In this document: positions 1-9,920 of the stretch, one piece after another
Layout: every line of letters begins with the position of its first letter
How positions within the stretch are numbered: position 1 is the first letter of the stretch
From: Candidatus Muiribacteriota bacterium
GTDB lineage: Bacteria; Muiribacteriota; Muiribacteriia; Muiribacteriales; Muiribacteriaceae
Direction of reading: 5' to 3'
Assembly (NCBI GenBank): GCA_051747805.1
Contig: JBNJGP010000037.1
Coordinates: forward strand, 1 to 26,325
Length of the DNA: 26,325 nt
Position numbers and translations under genes: made by a program
The notes under the pieces: model-generated
Databases searched by the model: none
Told to the model about the DNA's origin: nothing
Seen by the model: the letters and a program-made list of their open reading frames with translations, nothing else

Positions 1-97
1 TACGGGCACTTACAAGGGCTTCTTTGCCTGCTTTTAAGTTAATTCCACAACGGTCATAAACTATATTACATATCTCAACAAAATCTGAATTTTTCAT
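1..97 (-). CDS. cheR: Chemotaxis methyltransferase CheR, 5' part (runs off window edge)
   Basis: Not in ORF track. Manual translation from ATG at 97 gives MKNSDFVEICNIVYDRCGINLKAGKEALVSAR, matching the CheR N-terminal pattern (F..I...VY...GI.L...K..LV..R). Lies downstream of the MCPs. Start uncertain: no SD, in-frame TAA just before the ATG. Confidence 0.75.
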   Translation of the reverse strand, partial: MKNSDFVEICNIVYDRCGINLKAGKEALVSAR

Positions 98-254
98 TTA
101 ATTTAATAGCTTTAGTAAAAGTGGTCAAGCATATACCTGGTCCACACTTACTTTATGCATACTCCATTTTAAGCTCATTTATCATAAAATCATATCAAAT
201 TTCAACTAAAAAGTAAACGTTTCAGCAATTCTCAATGTGATTTTTTCGTAATGA

Positions 255-395
255 TTTTGCTTTTGCTTTTGCATCTTGCTGTCACCCCGGTGATGTTTTA
301 TACCGGGGTCTAGCTCTTGCTCGGTCGCTAAGAGTTCTTCAGAACTCTGCTCACTAGGCGTTAGCCGGTCACCAGAAAAACCTTAAGTTTTTCTG
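255..395. repeat. Intergenic palindrome cluster (REP-like), may include a terminator
   Basis: TTTTGC x3. Stems ACCCCGGT/ACCGGGGT (284-309), AGAGTTCT/AGAACTCT (331-348) and CAGAAAAAC/GTTTTTCTG (373-395). Confidence 0.6.
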
Positions 396-412
396 CCATC
401 TGCCCCTCTGAA

Positions 413-2215
413 TTATACTCCTGCAAATTTAGACAATACTTCAACTATTTTATTTAACTCCTCTGCTTGAGCAGTTAACTCCTCAGAAGCAGCAGCAGTT
501 TCTTCTGAATTTGCGGCATTTGTCTGGGTAATCTTCTGCATTTCTGAAACAGCATTATTTATTTCATCTATTCCCTTCTTCTGTTCACCTGAAGCAGAAG
601 AAACTTCACCAATTAAAGTATTTACTTTCATAATAGAATCACTTATTTTGTTTAAAACTTCATTAACTTCATCCGCCACTCTTACACCATTTTGAGCATT
701 TTCATTGGAATCTTTAATTAAAACAGACGTATTTTTTGCGGCTTCTGCTGAACGCTGGGCTAGATTTCTAACTTCCTCGGCAACAACAGCAAAACCTTTA
801 CCTGCCTCACCAGCACGAGCAGCCTCAACCGCCGCATTCAGGGCAAGAAGATTTGTCTGAAATGCTATTTCATCTATTGTTTTAATTATTTTTCCTGTTT
901 CATCTGAGCTTTCTTTTATTTTTTCTATTGCCTCGCTCATTTTTTTATTTGTTTCCCCTGCATTATGGGCAAGCTTAGTTGCTTCTGCAACTTTATCAGC
1001 GGCAGTAAAAGTATTTTCTGTATTGTTTGCTGTCATAGACGCAAGTTCTTCAAGTGAAGAAGAACTTTCCTCTAAACTTGAGGCCTGTTCATTTGCGCCC
1101 TCGGCCAGACTCTGACTGGACTGACTTACCTGAGATGAAGCAGAACTAACTTCCTGAGCCCCATTTAGAAGTTTTGCCACAATATCTTTTATCATTATTA
1201 AAATAGACCTTATAAGAAAAACAGCTATAATAATTCCTGCTATAATTGTAATTACCGAAAAAGCCACAACCCCGTTTCTTGTATTATCAGCTGCCTGAAG
1301 AAGTGCCTCATCAGTCATAACATTTGCCTGGGTTATTTCAATAATCTGATTAAGAAGTTGTTGAACCCGCTCAAGATTTGGCTGAGTCTGCTCTATATAA
1401 ATCCTGTCTGCCTCCTGCATACCTGAAACTAACTCTTCTGCCCGAATTTTCATATTTTCAAGAATTTCAAAAACTTCCTGTCGCGCGGTTAATGTCTGAT
1501 TTTCTAAAACATTTAAAGCTTCTCTTGAATCTCCAGCTTCAATAAGTGATATAATTTCAGCCCCTGTATTATGAAGTTTTTCATGAGGGCCTTTTATCCT
1601 ATTTATATATTCTCTCATTTTTGAATCTTCCTGGGCAAGCTGTCTTCCCTCATCCCCAAAAAGAAAAGTTCCAAGAAAACATCTTTTATGGTCAAGCTGA
1701 CCTTCAAAAGTCTGATTATTTCCTGTAGCATACATTAATAAATCCGAATACCAGGCTGAATGCGCGGCCTCAACTTCTGCAAAATATCCAGGAAGTGTTA
1801 TATCTGCACGATTAAAAACACTATTAATATCTGCAGCTGATTCATGAAGTAGATTATGCGGTGTTTCAATTTCGCTTAAAGGTTGCCTGAGCTCTGGTAG
1901 CATCTGTTCAGCCGCCTGACGTCCTTCACCATAGTACCATTTTCCAAAAGCACATTCTCTGGGATCAACTTCAACATCAAGTCTGTTTCCGGCTTCATCA
2001 TCCATAAGAAAATGGGTTAAATCCCCAGCCCAGTTAAGATGGTCAATTTCTCTCTGTCCCATATCTCCTCTTAAAGAATTACCATCAATAACTTCCTCAG
2101 CATTATCAACAATCTGGGCAATACCGCTTATTGACCATATTCCCAGAATTGCTGTCAGAATTAAAACACCCGCAAACCCTGCTGTAATTTTCTGCCCAAC
2201 TGTCATATTTTTCAT
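413..2215 (-). CDS. Methyl-accepting chemotaxis protein with two CZB (zinc-binding) domains between TM1 and TM2
   Basis: Signalling tip [34 protein letters not shown]. Two H..W / C..G.W/F / H..LH motifs: [20 protein letters not shown] and [20 protein letters not shown]. Two hydrophobic helices. Confidence 0.92.
   Translation of the reverse strand: MKNMTVGQKITAGFAGVLILTAILGIWSISGIAQIVDNAEEVIDGNSLRGDMGQREIDHLNWAGDLTHFLMDDEAGNRLDVEVDPRECAFGKWYYGEGRQAAEQMLPELRQPLSEIETPHNLLHESAADINSVFNRADITLPGYFAEVEAAHSAWYSDLLMYATGNNQTFEGQLDHKRCFLGTFLFGDEGRQLAQEDSKMREYINRIKGPHEKLHNTGAEIISLIEAGDSREALNVLENQTLTARQEVFEILENMKIRAEELVSGMQEADRIYIEQTQPNLERVQQLLNQIIEITQANVMTDEALLQAADNTRNGVVAFSVITIIAGIIIAVFLIRSILIMIKDIVAKLLNGAQEVSSASSQVSQSSQSLAEGANEQASSLEESSSSLEELASMTANNTENTFTAADKVAEATKLAHNAGETNKKMSEAIEKIKESSDETGKIIKTIDEIAFQTNLLALNAAVEAARAGEAGKGFAVVAEEVRNLAQRSAEAAKNTSVLIKDSNENAQNGVRVADEVNEVLNKISDSIMKVNTLIGEVSSASGEQKKGIDEINNAVSEMQKITQTNAANSEETAAASEELTAQAEELNKIVEVLSKFAGV
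771..892 (-). repeat. ~122-bp near-identical MCP signalling-tip DNA repeat (copies at 771-892, 2816-2937, 5336-5457, 7742-7863)
   Basis: Direct comparison: copies 1 and 2 differ at 3 of 122 nt; the others differ by a few more. Confidence 0.85.
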
Positions 2216-2232
2216 AAAGCCCCCCTCATTCT

Positions 2233-4266
2233 TTAAAATCCGTGCTTATCATCATCATCTAGAGGTATAATACTTTCATTTAGCTGCTTTTTATTTTTAT
2301 GCTCTTTAGATTTTTCAGGAGCATTTTTGGACTTTTTCTCAGTAAACTTTTTATGATTTTTAGTTTTTAACCCATTTTTATTGCTTTTTTTTGTTTCTTT
2401 TTTTTCAGAAGTAGAATTTTTTTCATAATTATCAAAAGATTTAACATCTCTTCCTTTTGCCCCATAAATTACTAAACTTAAAATATCAACAATCTCGCTT
2501 AAGTTCTCAGCCTGACCTGTTAATTCCTCGGCAGCAGCCGCAGCTTCTTCACTTGTTGCTGCATTTGATTGTGTAGCTTTTTCAAGCTGACTTATAGCAA
2601 TATTAACCTGTTCAACACCTTTTGCTTGTTCATCTATGGAAGAATCAACCTCTGTTGCAATTTGACTTGTTTTTTCTATTGTCTCTGTAATTTTACTTAA
2701 TATTTCACTTACTGATTCTGAAACTTTTACCCCATTTTCAGAATTATTTTTTGACTCTTCAATAAGACCCGATGTATTTTTGGCAGCCTCAGCCGAGCGC
2801 TGTGCAAGTTTTCTTACTTCCTCGGCAACAACAGCAAAACCTTTTCCTGCCTCACCAGCACGGGCGGCCTCAACCGCCGCATTCAGGGCAAGAAGATTTG
2901 TCTGAAATGCTATTTCATCTATTGTTTTAATTATTTTAGTTGTTTCATCTGAACTATCTTTAATTTTAAGAATAACTTCCATCATTTCTTTCATAGTTTT
3001 ATTTGCATTCTGGGCCATTTTTTTAGCCTCATCACTCATTACATTAACCTGATGGATATTTTCAATATCATTTTTAATCATAGAAGTTACCTCTTCCATG
3101 CTCGCAGAAGATTCTTCTAAACTTGAAGCCTGTTCATTTGTGTTTTCAGCAAGTTCCTGACCAGATGAGCTGACCTGTGAAGAAGCAGAGTTAACTTCCT
3201 GACTTCCCGCCTGTAAATCATTAATAATTCTGCTGATTTTTTTTACAATTCCGCCTGAAATTAAATAAGCCAAAACAACACCAATTATTATAGATATTAA
3301 AACCATCCAGAAAATAAATCTGACATCACCTTCCAAATTGTCTGCAAGATTTCCAGCCCTGTCAGAAGCTGCCCCCGAAATCATAACAGAAAAATCACCA
3401 GCCGAATTTTTTACGTGATTGTAGAGTTGTACCCTTCTATCAGTCATCTCTGCTATATTATTTATATCCTGGGCAATATATTCACATGCTGCTGCAAAAT
3501 CCTGTGCCGCCTGTTTAATTTCATTTAAACGTCGTATATTAACATCCTGCTGGGTTAAATCAAGAACAATTTCTAAATTTTCTTCAATTAAAGGCAAATT
3601 ATCAGTAACTGCCTGATTTAAAAGGGCTGAATCTCGATTATAAAAAGCATCCCATGCTACTTCTGATAGAACATTACCATAATCAAGTACAAAATTTGAA
3701 TGAATAATAATATCAAGAAGGTCTGATAATCGTTGACGTGAAACATCATCATCATCAACCTCTGCGCTGAATGCTCTATTTTGTTCCTGAATATAGTTAT
3801 TTATATTATTAAAGAAATTTTCTCCTGCACTTTCTACTTCGCTAAGCCTGTTATTTACTTTTTCCCCCACCTCATGTATATCTGCAGAAATTTGCATATA
3901 TTCTTCTATTTCATCTGCCACAACCCGCATTTCTTCTATTACACCACTATCATAATTAATATCTTCAAGAGTGTTTACAACAAATTCGGCAGATTCAAGT
4001 GCGTCTTCCATATGCGGCACAGCCTGATTGTAATCTTTGGAATCAAGAGTATTTGCATAATTTAAATTAAAATACCCTGCCTCAAGTATATAAGTAACAA
4101 CATGTTCTGCCTCTCCAATAACCGGTAGAGAGATATCTGAAACAAAGCTGCTTATTTCTGACCCCTCAGTCATTTCAAGATAAGATACAACTCCAATAAT
4201 TAAAGTCAGAATTAAAACAATAATAAAACCACCAAATATTTTTTGATACAAGCTTAAATTTTTCAA
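2233..4266 (-). CDS. Methyl-accepting chemotaxis protein, large helical extracytoplasmic sensor, Lys-rich linker and acidic C-terminal tail
   Basis: TTG start with AGGAGG SD, two TM helices, MCP tip motif, tail [12 protein letters not shown]. Confidence 0.93.
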   Translation of the reverse strand: MKNLSLYQKIFGGFIIVLILTLIIGVVSYLEMTEGSEISSFVSDISLPVIGEAEHVVTYILEAGYFNLNYANTLDSKDYNQAVPHMEDALESAEFVVNTLEDINYDSGVIEEMRVVADEIEEYMQISADIHEVGEKVNNRLSEVESAGENFFNNINNYIQEQNRAFSAEVDDDDVSRQRLSDLLDIIIHSNFVLDYGNVLSEVAWDAFYNRDSALLNQAVTDNLPLIEENLEIVLDLTQQDVNIRRLNEIKQAAQDFAAACEYIAQDINNIAEMTDRRVQLYNHVKNSAGDFSVMISGAASDRAGNLADNLEGDVRFIFWMVLISIIIGVVLAYLISGGIVKKISRIINDLQAGSQEVNSASSQVSSSGQELAENTNEQASSLEESSASMEEVTSMIKNDIENIHQVNVMSDEAKKMAQNANKTMKEMMEVILKIKDSSDETTKIIKTIDEIAFQTNLLALNAAVEAARAGEAGKGFAVVAEEVRKLAQRSAEAAKNTSGLIEESKNNSENGVKVSESVSEILSKITETIEKTSQIATEVDSSIDEQAKGVEQVNIAISQLEKATQSNAATSEEAAAAAEELTGQAENLSEIVDILSLVIYGAKGRDVKSFDNYEKNSTSEKKETKKSNKNGLKTKNHKKFTEKKSKNAPEKSKEHKNKKQLNESIIPLDDDDKHGF

Positions 4267-4337
4267 AAATCCTCCTTTTAATAAATCAAAATTTTTTTAG
4301 CATAATTCTTCTATTGCCGGTTAACTTTTTCACCTTT

Positions 4338-4835
4338 TTAACTATCAAACTTTTTACCAGTTACAATTTTTGAAACATCCAATAGAATTATGACCCTGTC
4401 CTCAACCTTGCCTACACCTTTTATAAAATCCATATCTATTTCTGTTCCAAAACTTGGCGACAACTCAACCTGACTTGCCTGTATGTCAATTACTTCTGAA
4501 ACTTCGTCAACTAAAATACCTTCTCTTATGTTTTCTTCACCATTTTCCAGCTGAATAACAATAATACAGGTCTTTTCAGTATCTTCCATACGTGAAAACT
4601 CAAACTTCAGCCTAAGCTCAATTACAGGAATAACTTTACCTCTCAAATTTATTACACCTCGCACAAAATCCGGTGCTTTGGGAAAATGTGTAATTTTCTG
4701 CATCCCAATGATTTCCTGTACTTTTAATATCTCAATACCATAGGTTTCCTCACCGAGACCAAATGTAAGATATTTCCCGGCAAGTTCTTCATATTCCTGA
4801 TTAATTTCATCTTTTTTACTTTTGTTATCTGACAT
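4338..4835 (-). CDS. cheW: Chemotaxis coupling protein CheW
   Basis: [35 protein letters not shown] motif; GAGGAGG SD. Confidence 0.95.
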   Translation of the reverse strand: MSDNKSKKDEINQEYEELAGKYLTFGLGEETYGIEILKVQEIIGMQKITHFPKAPDFVRGVINLRGKVIPVIELRLKFEFSRMEDTEKTCIIVIQLENGEENIREGILVDEVSEVIDIQASQVELSPSFGTEIDMDFIKGVGKVEDRVIILLDVSKIVTGKKFDS

Positions 4836-4971
4836 ACAAAAACCTCCTCAAAATAAGTGGTTCTATCTTTTATAAAATTAAGTTCTAAATCATTTTTATA
4901 ACTTTAATTATAATCGTACCAATAATTATAACTTTTGTATATAACCCTTTGAGGGTATAAAACCTTGATAA

Positions 4972-6423
4972 TCAATCATTACCATGTATTAATTTATTTA
5001 AAACCTGAACAACTTCTTTCAACTGTCCAGCCTGAGCGGTTAACTCTTCAGAAGAGGCCGCCGCCTCTTCACTTGTTGCTGCATTACCCTGAGTAGCTTT
5101 TTCCATTGAAGACATAGCTGTATTAATCTCTTCAATTCCTTTATTCTGTTCTTTTGAGGCCTCTGCAATTTCTTCAATTAATTGAGTTGTTTTATTTACT
5201 GAGGAAGATATTTCCTGAAGTAAATCTGAAACATCTTTTGAAATTTCAACCCCGTGCTGAGAATTTTCTTTTGATTCTTTTATTAAAAATGATGTATCTT
5301 TTGCTGCTTCCGCCGAACGCTGGGCCAGATTTCTGACTTCCTCGGCAACAACAGCAAAACCTTTTCCTGCCTCACCAGCACGAGCGGCCTCAACCGCCGC
5401 ATTCAGGGCAAGTAGATTTGTCTGAAATGCTATTTCATCGATTGTTTTAATAATTTTTCCTGTCTTCTCAGCACTTTCATTAATTTTTTCCATTGAAATC
5501 AGCATTTTCTGCATAGTTTTTGTTCCATTCTGAACATTTTCATGGGCTTCTTTGCTCATAACATTTGCCTGATGTGTATTATCTGTATTCTGATTTGTCA
5601 TAGAAGCCAGCTCTTCCAGGCTTGCAGAAGTTTCCTCAAGACTTGAAGCCTGCTCATTGGAATTCTGAGCAAGTTCACTGCTGGACTGACTAACCTGATT
5701 CGCAGCCGATGAAACTTCATCACTGCCACTTGTTAAATTTTTTATTATTTTATTTACAGGATTAGTGATACTTTTTATAATCGCCCAGGATAATACCCCC
5801 AGAATTATAAATAAAACTATAAATGAAATAATTACAGGATAGAAAATAGCCTTCAGATTTTCTTCAACATCATCTATATAAACACCAGTTCCTATAATCC
5901 AGTCCCATTCTTCAAACAACTTAACATAGGACATTTTCGGAGAATTTTCAGTTTCACCGGGTTTTGGCCATAAATAATCTACAAAACCCTCTCCGCCATC
6001 ACGACACTCTTCCACAAAGGCCTGAAATAAATTCTGATTAACATCTCTGGCAACATTAAAGGATGGATCATTTAATATTTGACCATCAAGAGCTGGATTT
6101 GTGGAATGCATTATCATAGTAGGATAAGGAAGAGTATTATCATTTATCCAGAAATATTCCTGTCCTTCGTACCTTATGTTTTTTATTGCTTGCATAGCTG
6201 CATCCTGGGCTTCTACAAGCTCCATTTCACCCTCTTTATAAAGATTGTAATAATGTTGCAGGGTTGAATAACCTATATCTGTAGCAGCCTTTGCGGTATC
6301 ATACCTTGTGGTGTATAAAGCATTACTTGCCTGATAACCGCTCCAGATAAAAAATAAAGCAAAAAGTAAAAATACTCCCCCAATTAATGCAAATATTTTG
6401 GTGGAAAATTTCATGTTTTTCAT
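4972..6423 (-). CDS. Methyl-accepting chemotaxis protein with single Cache-type (sCache_2-like) sensor
   Basis: [10 protein letters not shown]...MIMH..NP.LDG...[13 protein letters not shown]...[24 protein letters not shown] is a Cache_2 pattern. MCP tip motif; GGAGG SD. Confidence 0.93.
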   Translation of the reverse strand: MKNMKFSTKIFALIGGVFLLFALFFIWSGYQASNALYTTRYDTAKAATDIGYSTLQHYYNLYKEGEMELVEAQDAAMQAIKNIRYEGQEYFWINDNTLPYPTMIMHSTNPALDGQILNDPSFNVARDVNQNLFQAFVEECRDGGEGFVDYLWPKPGETENSPKMSYVKLFEEWDWIIGTGVYIDDVEENLKAIFYPVIISFIVLFIILGVLSWAIIKSITNPVNKIIKNLTSGSDEVSSAANQVSQSSSELAQNSNEQASSLEETSASLEELASMTNQNTDNTHQANVMSKEAHENVQNGTKTMQKMLISMEKINESAEKTGKIIKTIDEIAFQTNLLALNAAVEAARAGEAGKGFAVVAEEVRNLAQRSAEAAKDTSFLIKESKENSQHGVEISKDVSDLLQEISSSVNKTTQLIEEIAEASKEQNKGIEEINTAMSSMEKATQGNAATSEEAAASSEELTAQAGQLKEVVQVLNKLIHGND

Positions 6424-6807
6424 TTAAACCTCCATATAAGTTTTTGGTTCGGGATAATTTTATTTATCAAAGAACCAAAACAATTTTTTTGGGGAAAATA
6501 AAATTAATACTATATAAAACTAGGATGTAAGTATTTGAGAGCTTGTTAAAAAAACTAAATGCCGACTAAAATATGCCTCCGAAAATTATAAAAAACGGCT
6601 TCTTAATGTTTAATATTATTATTTTTAGTCCCCTCGTAAAAAAGTTTTTTCAACAGCTATTTAACATTGACATTCAAAAACCCTGTTTATTTAAATTTCC
6701 CCTTAAAAAAGCATGGTATTGTTCGAAACCATATCATTTTTCTTATTATTCTAACAGGATTTAATAATTTTGTAAATAATAGCTATAATTTAATAGTAAT
6801 TTTTGAT

Positions 6808-6840
6808 AGAAAAGCGGGAGGTTAGAGCAGCCTCCCGCTT
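6808..6840 (-). terminator. Rho-independent terminator after the cheW-mcp-receiver unit
   Basis: 10-bp stem AAGCGGGAGG (6812-6821) / CCTCCCGCTT (6831-6840), ending in a short T-run on the minus strand, 4 nt after the stop at 6845. Confidence 0.8.
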
Positions 6841-6844
6841 AAAA

Positions 6845-7216
6845 TCATTTTTTTGAAATAAGCTCTTTTTCTAATTCCTCTTTTGAAAAAGGTTTTGAAA
6901 GATAAGCATGAATATAACCTTTATCAAATTTTTCAACTATTTTTTTATTCATATCTGCAGACATTATAATTATTCCAGTCCCTTCTATCATTTTATTCTG
7001 GATTAATTTTTTCACCAGCTTTATACCATTCATATATGGCATTCTGATATCAGTTAAAACATAGTTTACTTTATACGTCTCAAGTATTTTATAAGCATCA
7101 TTTCCATTACCTGCATGATATATTTTTCCAATTTCCATATCCATTTGCTTTAAGTATTCATCAATTATTTCTCTCTGAATTTCACAATCATCAACAATTA
7201 ATATGTCGATTTTCAT
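6845..7216 (-). CDS. Single-domain response regulator (CheY-like)
   Basis: ILIVDD, LTDIRMPYMNG (phospho-Asp), MSA, KPF; 123 aa; 2 nt after the MCP stop. Confidence 0.88.
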   Translation of the reverse strand: MKIDILIVDDCEIQREIIDEYLKQMDMEIGKIYHAGNGNDAYKILETYKVNYVLTDIRMPYMNGIKLVKKLIQNKMIEGTGIIIMSADMNKKIVEKFDKGYIHAYLSKPFSKEELEKELISKK

Positions 7217-7218
7217 TA

Positions 7219-9132
7219 TTAAAATCCATCGCCATCTTTTTCGTCAAGAGGAAGAACTTTTTCTTTATCTATTTTGTTTTTTTTATTCTTATTTTCAGAC
7301 ATGGAAGCAAAGGATTTATGCTTGGAATTAGAAGTTTTTTCTGCCTTTTTAACTGTATTTGCAGAATAATTTACTTTTACCTCGCGTCCGTGAACAAGTT
7401 TATTTAATTCAACAACAATTCCTTGTAACTCTTCTGCCTGGGCTGTAAGTTCTTCCGCCGCTGCCGCCGATTCTTCACTAGTAGCAGCATTTGACTGAGT
7501 AGATTTTTCAAACATTGACATTGTTTCATTTACCTGAGAAATACCCTTTGTCTGTTCTGACGAAGCGCTGGATATTTCTTCAATAAGCTGACTAACTTTA
7601 ACAACAGATTCAGTTATCTGAGAAAGTAACTCAGATACATCTTCAGAAACTTTTACTCCTTCGTGAGAATTTGTTTTTGATTCCTCTATTAAAATAGCAG
7701 TATTTTTTGCAGCTTCTGCTGAACGCTGAGCCAGATTTCTGACTTCCTCGGCAACAACCGCAAAACCTTTTCCTGCCTCACCAGCACGGGCAGCCTCAAC
7801 CGCCGCGTTCAAGGCAAGTAGATTTGTCTGAAATGCTATTTCATCTATTGTTTTTATTATTTTCCCAGTTTCTTCAGCACTTTCATTAATTTTGTTAATG
7901 GAATGAAGCATTTTTTTCATAGTTTCTGTACCTTTTTTAACTTTTTTCTGCGCTTCTGTACTCATTACATTTGCCTGATGTGTATTATCTGTATTTTGTT
8001 TTGTCATTGACGAAAGCTCTTCAAGGCTTGCTGATGTTTCTTCAATCCCCGAAGCCTGTTCATTTGAATTTTGAGCAAGCTCTTCACCAGACTGACTTAC
8101 CTGACTTGAAGCTGCGGTTACTTCTTCACAACCAGCTGTAAGCTTCGAAATAATAGTATTTATTGGTTTTGTAATTCCACTTGTAATAAACCAGGCTATA
8201 ACTAAAGCTATAATTACAGCTGCCAAACAGCCATATATTATAACATTTTGTATTTGGTTTACCGCCCTCTGTGTAACTCTTTCCTGAATTAAAAGAATTT
8301 CCTCTCCATGCTCTACAGCTTCACGGGCAGCAGCAAAAAGTTTAGGCTCTACCTCTTCAATCTGTTGAAAAACTTTAAAAAATTTCTCTCCCGTTTCATG
8401 ATAATTATTGAAGTTTTCTAAAAGAGCTCTTACATATCTCTCAAGCTCTTCCTCATTATTTAATTCATTAATAAGATTCTGGGTATTATTTACAATTGTA
8501 TTCAGGGCTCTATCAAGTTCATTCCAGAAATCCTCATTTTGACGCCATAAAAAATAAACAGTTGTTTCTCTTGCATTAAAATATGGGTCAAAAATACTAG
8601 TATAAAAATAATTATAAAGTTCATCTGTTTCAACATAACTGTTTAAATCCTGGTTATTTGCATATACTTCTTTTCTCTGAATAAAATGCTTTGCTATTTC
8701 ATCTAAACTATTTTCAATATCATCTATTTCTCCGTTCCAGACATTTCTGATTGAGGCAGCCTCCTGCTCCAGACGCGGATATTCTTCTATAAACTGGGCA
8801 TAATTATTTACTGAATCAACAAGAGCATTGTTTTCTTTTATAATATCCCGATTAACAGTTAAATCATCAAGTCTGCGGGCAACTTCATTTATATCTGAAA
8901 TATACTCCCTTACCAATTCAATATACTGCATATCCTCGCGTAACATATAGTTTTTTTCTTCTTGTCTTGCCTCATTGAGTAATAAATTAACCTCATTTAC
9001 TACTCCTAAAATCTCTTCTGCATTTAACAGAGTCTGTATACCATTATATGAAAACAATCCAATAATTATAAGAATTATTATCATTATGCCGAATCCACCA
9101 AACATTTTTGTGCTTAACTTTAAATCTTTCAT
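7219..9132 (-). CDS. Methyl-accepting chemotaxis protein, helical-bundle (4HB/HBM-like) sensor, acidic C-terminal tail
   Basis: Two TM helices, [11 protein letters not shown] helical sensor motif, MCP tip, tail [12 protein letters not shown]. Confidence 0.93.
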   Translation of the reverse strand: MKDLKLSTKMFGGFGIMIIILIIIGLFSYNGIQTLLNAEEILGVVNEVNLLLNEARQEEKNYMLREDMQYIELVREYISDINEVARRLDDLTVNRDIIKENNALVDSVNNYAQFIEEYPRLEQEAASIRNVWNGEIDDIENSLDEIAKHFIQRKEVYANNQDLNSYVETDELYNYFYTSIFDPYFNARETTVYFLWRQNEDFWNELDRALNTIVNNTQNLINELNNEEELERYVRALLENFNNYHETGEKFFKVFQQIEEVEPKLFAAAREAVEHGEEILLIQERVTQRAVNQIQNVIIYGCLAAVIIALVIAWFITSGITKPINTIISKLTAGCEEVTAASSQVSQSGEELAQNSNEQASGIEETSASLEELSSMTKQNTDNTHQANVMSTEAQKKVKKGTETMKKMLHSINKINESAEETGKIIKTIDEIAFQTNLLALNAAVEAARAGEAGKGFAVVAEEVRNLAQRSAEAAKNTAILIEESKTNSHEGVKVSEDVSELLSQITESVVKVSQLIEEISSASSEQTKGISQVNETMSMFEKSTQSNAATSEESAAAAEELTAQAEELQGIVVELNKLVHGREVKVNYSANTVKKAEKTSNSKHKSFASMSENKNKKNKIDKEKVLPLDEKDGDGF

Positions 9133-9157
9133 GTTTCCCCCCTGATATTTTATTACC

Positions 9158-9658
9158 TTACGGTTTTAAAGTTAGTTCATTTGAAAGTTCAGAACATAAA
9201 AGTTTATCAACATCCAGAAGAATAATTACCTTATCATTTGTTTTTCCTACACCGGTAATAAACTCTTCCTGCTGTTGACTTCCAAAATCCGGCGGCTGTT
9301 CAATTTTAGTATTTTCTATATCCATCACCTCTGAAACCTCATCTACAATAATACCCTGCCGGATTCCACCAGAATCATCATTTAAAGAAAGAACTATAAT
9401 GCAAGTTTTATCATCATCCTCAACTGATTGCACACAGAATTTCTTCCTAAGCTCAACTACCGGAATTACCTTTCCTCTTAAATTAATCACCCCCCTTACA
9501 TAATCAGGTGCCTTTGGAAATTTGGTGATTTTCATCATACCAATAATTTCCTGAACCCTTAAAATAGGTAATCCATAAGTCTCTTTTTCAAGCTTAAATG
9601 TTAGGTATTTTGCAGAATCCATACTCTCCTCAAACTGCGCTTTTCTGTTTTCTACCAT
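9158..9658 (-). CDS. cheW: Chemotaxis coupling protein CheW (second paralog)
   Basis: [43 protein letters not shown]. Confidence 0.95.
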   Translation of the reverse strand: MVENRKAQFEESMDSAKYLTFKLEKETYGLPILRVQEIIGMMKITKFPKAPDYVRGVINLRGKVIPVVELRKKFCVQSVEDDDKTCIIVLSLNDDSGGIRQGIIVDEVSEVMDIENTKIEQPPDFGSQQQEEFITGVGKTNDKVIILLDVDKLLCSELSNELTLKP

Positions 9659-9749
9659 AAGACCTCCTTATAATAATTTATGACTCATCATTTTTACTTT
9701 TTTAAAAACAATTCTGAATTTTTAATTTTCATTTAAAATTGCTGCTTTT

Positions 9750-9777
9750 TTAATGACTGCAATTGCTTAATTATAGA
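9750..9777 (+). repeat. Left 28-bp inverted repeat (putative recombination site)
   Basis: TTAATGACTGCAATTGCTTAATTATAGA, exact reverse complement of 10866-10893. Confidence 0.95.
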
Positions 9778-9850
9778 ATTAATAATTTTAATATTTTCAA
9801 AAGAACTATAGAACTAAAAAAAATATAATTGGATGAAATAATCATTTAAT

Positions 9851-9878
9851 TTGACTTTATTTCAAAAAAAGATATAAT
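9851..9878 (+). promoter_or_regulatory. Sigma70-type promoter of the recombinase, inside the invertible segment
   Basis: TTGACT (9851-9856) - 16 nt - TATAAT (9873-9878), about 42 nt before the ATG at 9921. Confidence 0.7.
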
Positions 9879-9920
9879 AAAATATATAAATTATCTCTTT
9901 ACTTTTTTGAGGTGTTTTTT

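Noticed and set aside
95..140. Frameshifted 5' end of cheR (out-of-frame TTG/ATG after AGGT)
   Set aside because: ATG 97 already starts at the conserved CheR region; a frameshift cannot be supported without homolog alignment.
4896..4935. TTATAACTTT direct repeat upstream of cheW, faintly similar to the IR arm
   Set aside because: AT-rich and lacks the GACTGCAATTGC core, so not a third recombination site.
6430..6800. c-di-GMP riboswitch or sigma28 promoter upstream of the Cache MCP
   Set aside because: No GEMM-like pattern found by eye. GCCGACTA at 6561 is on the wrong strand and lacks a correctly spaced TAAA.
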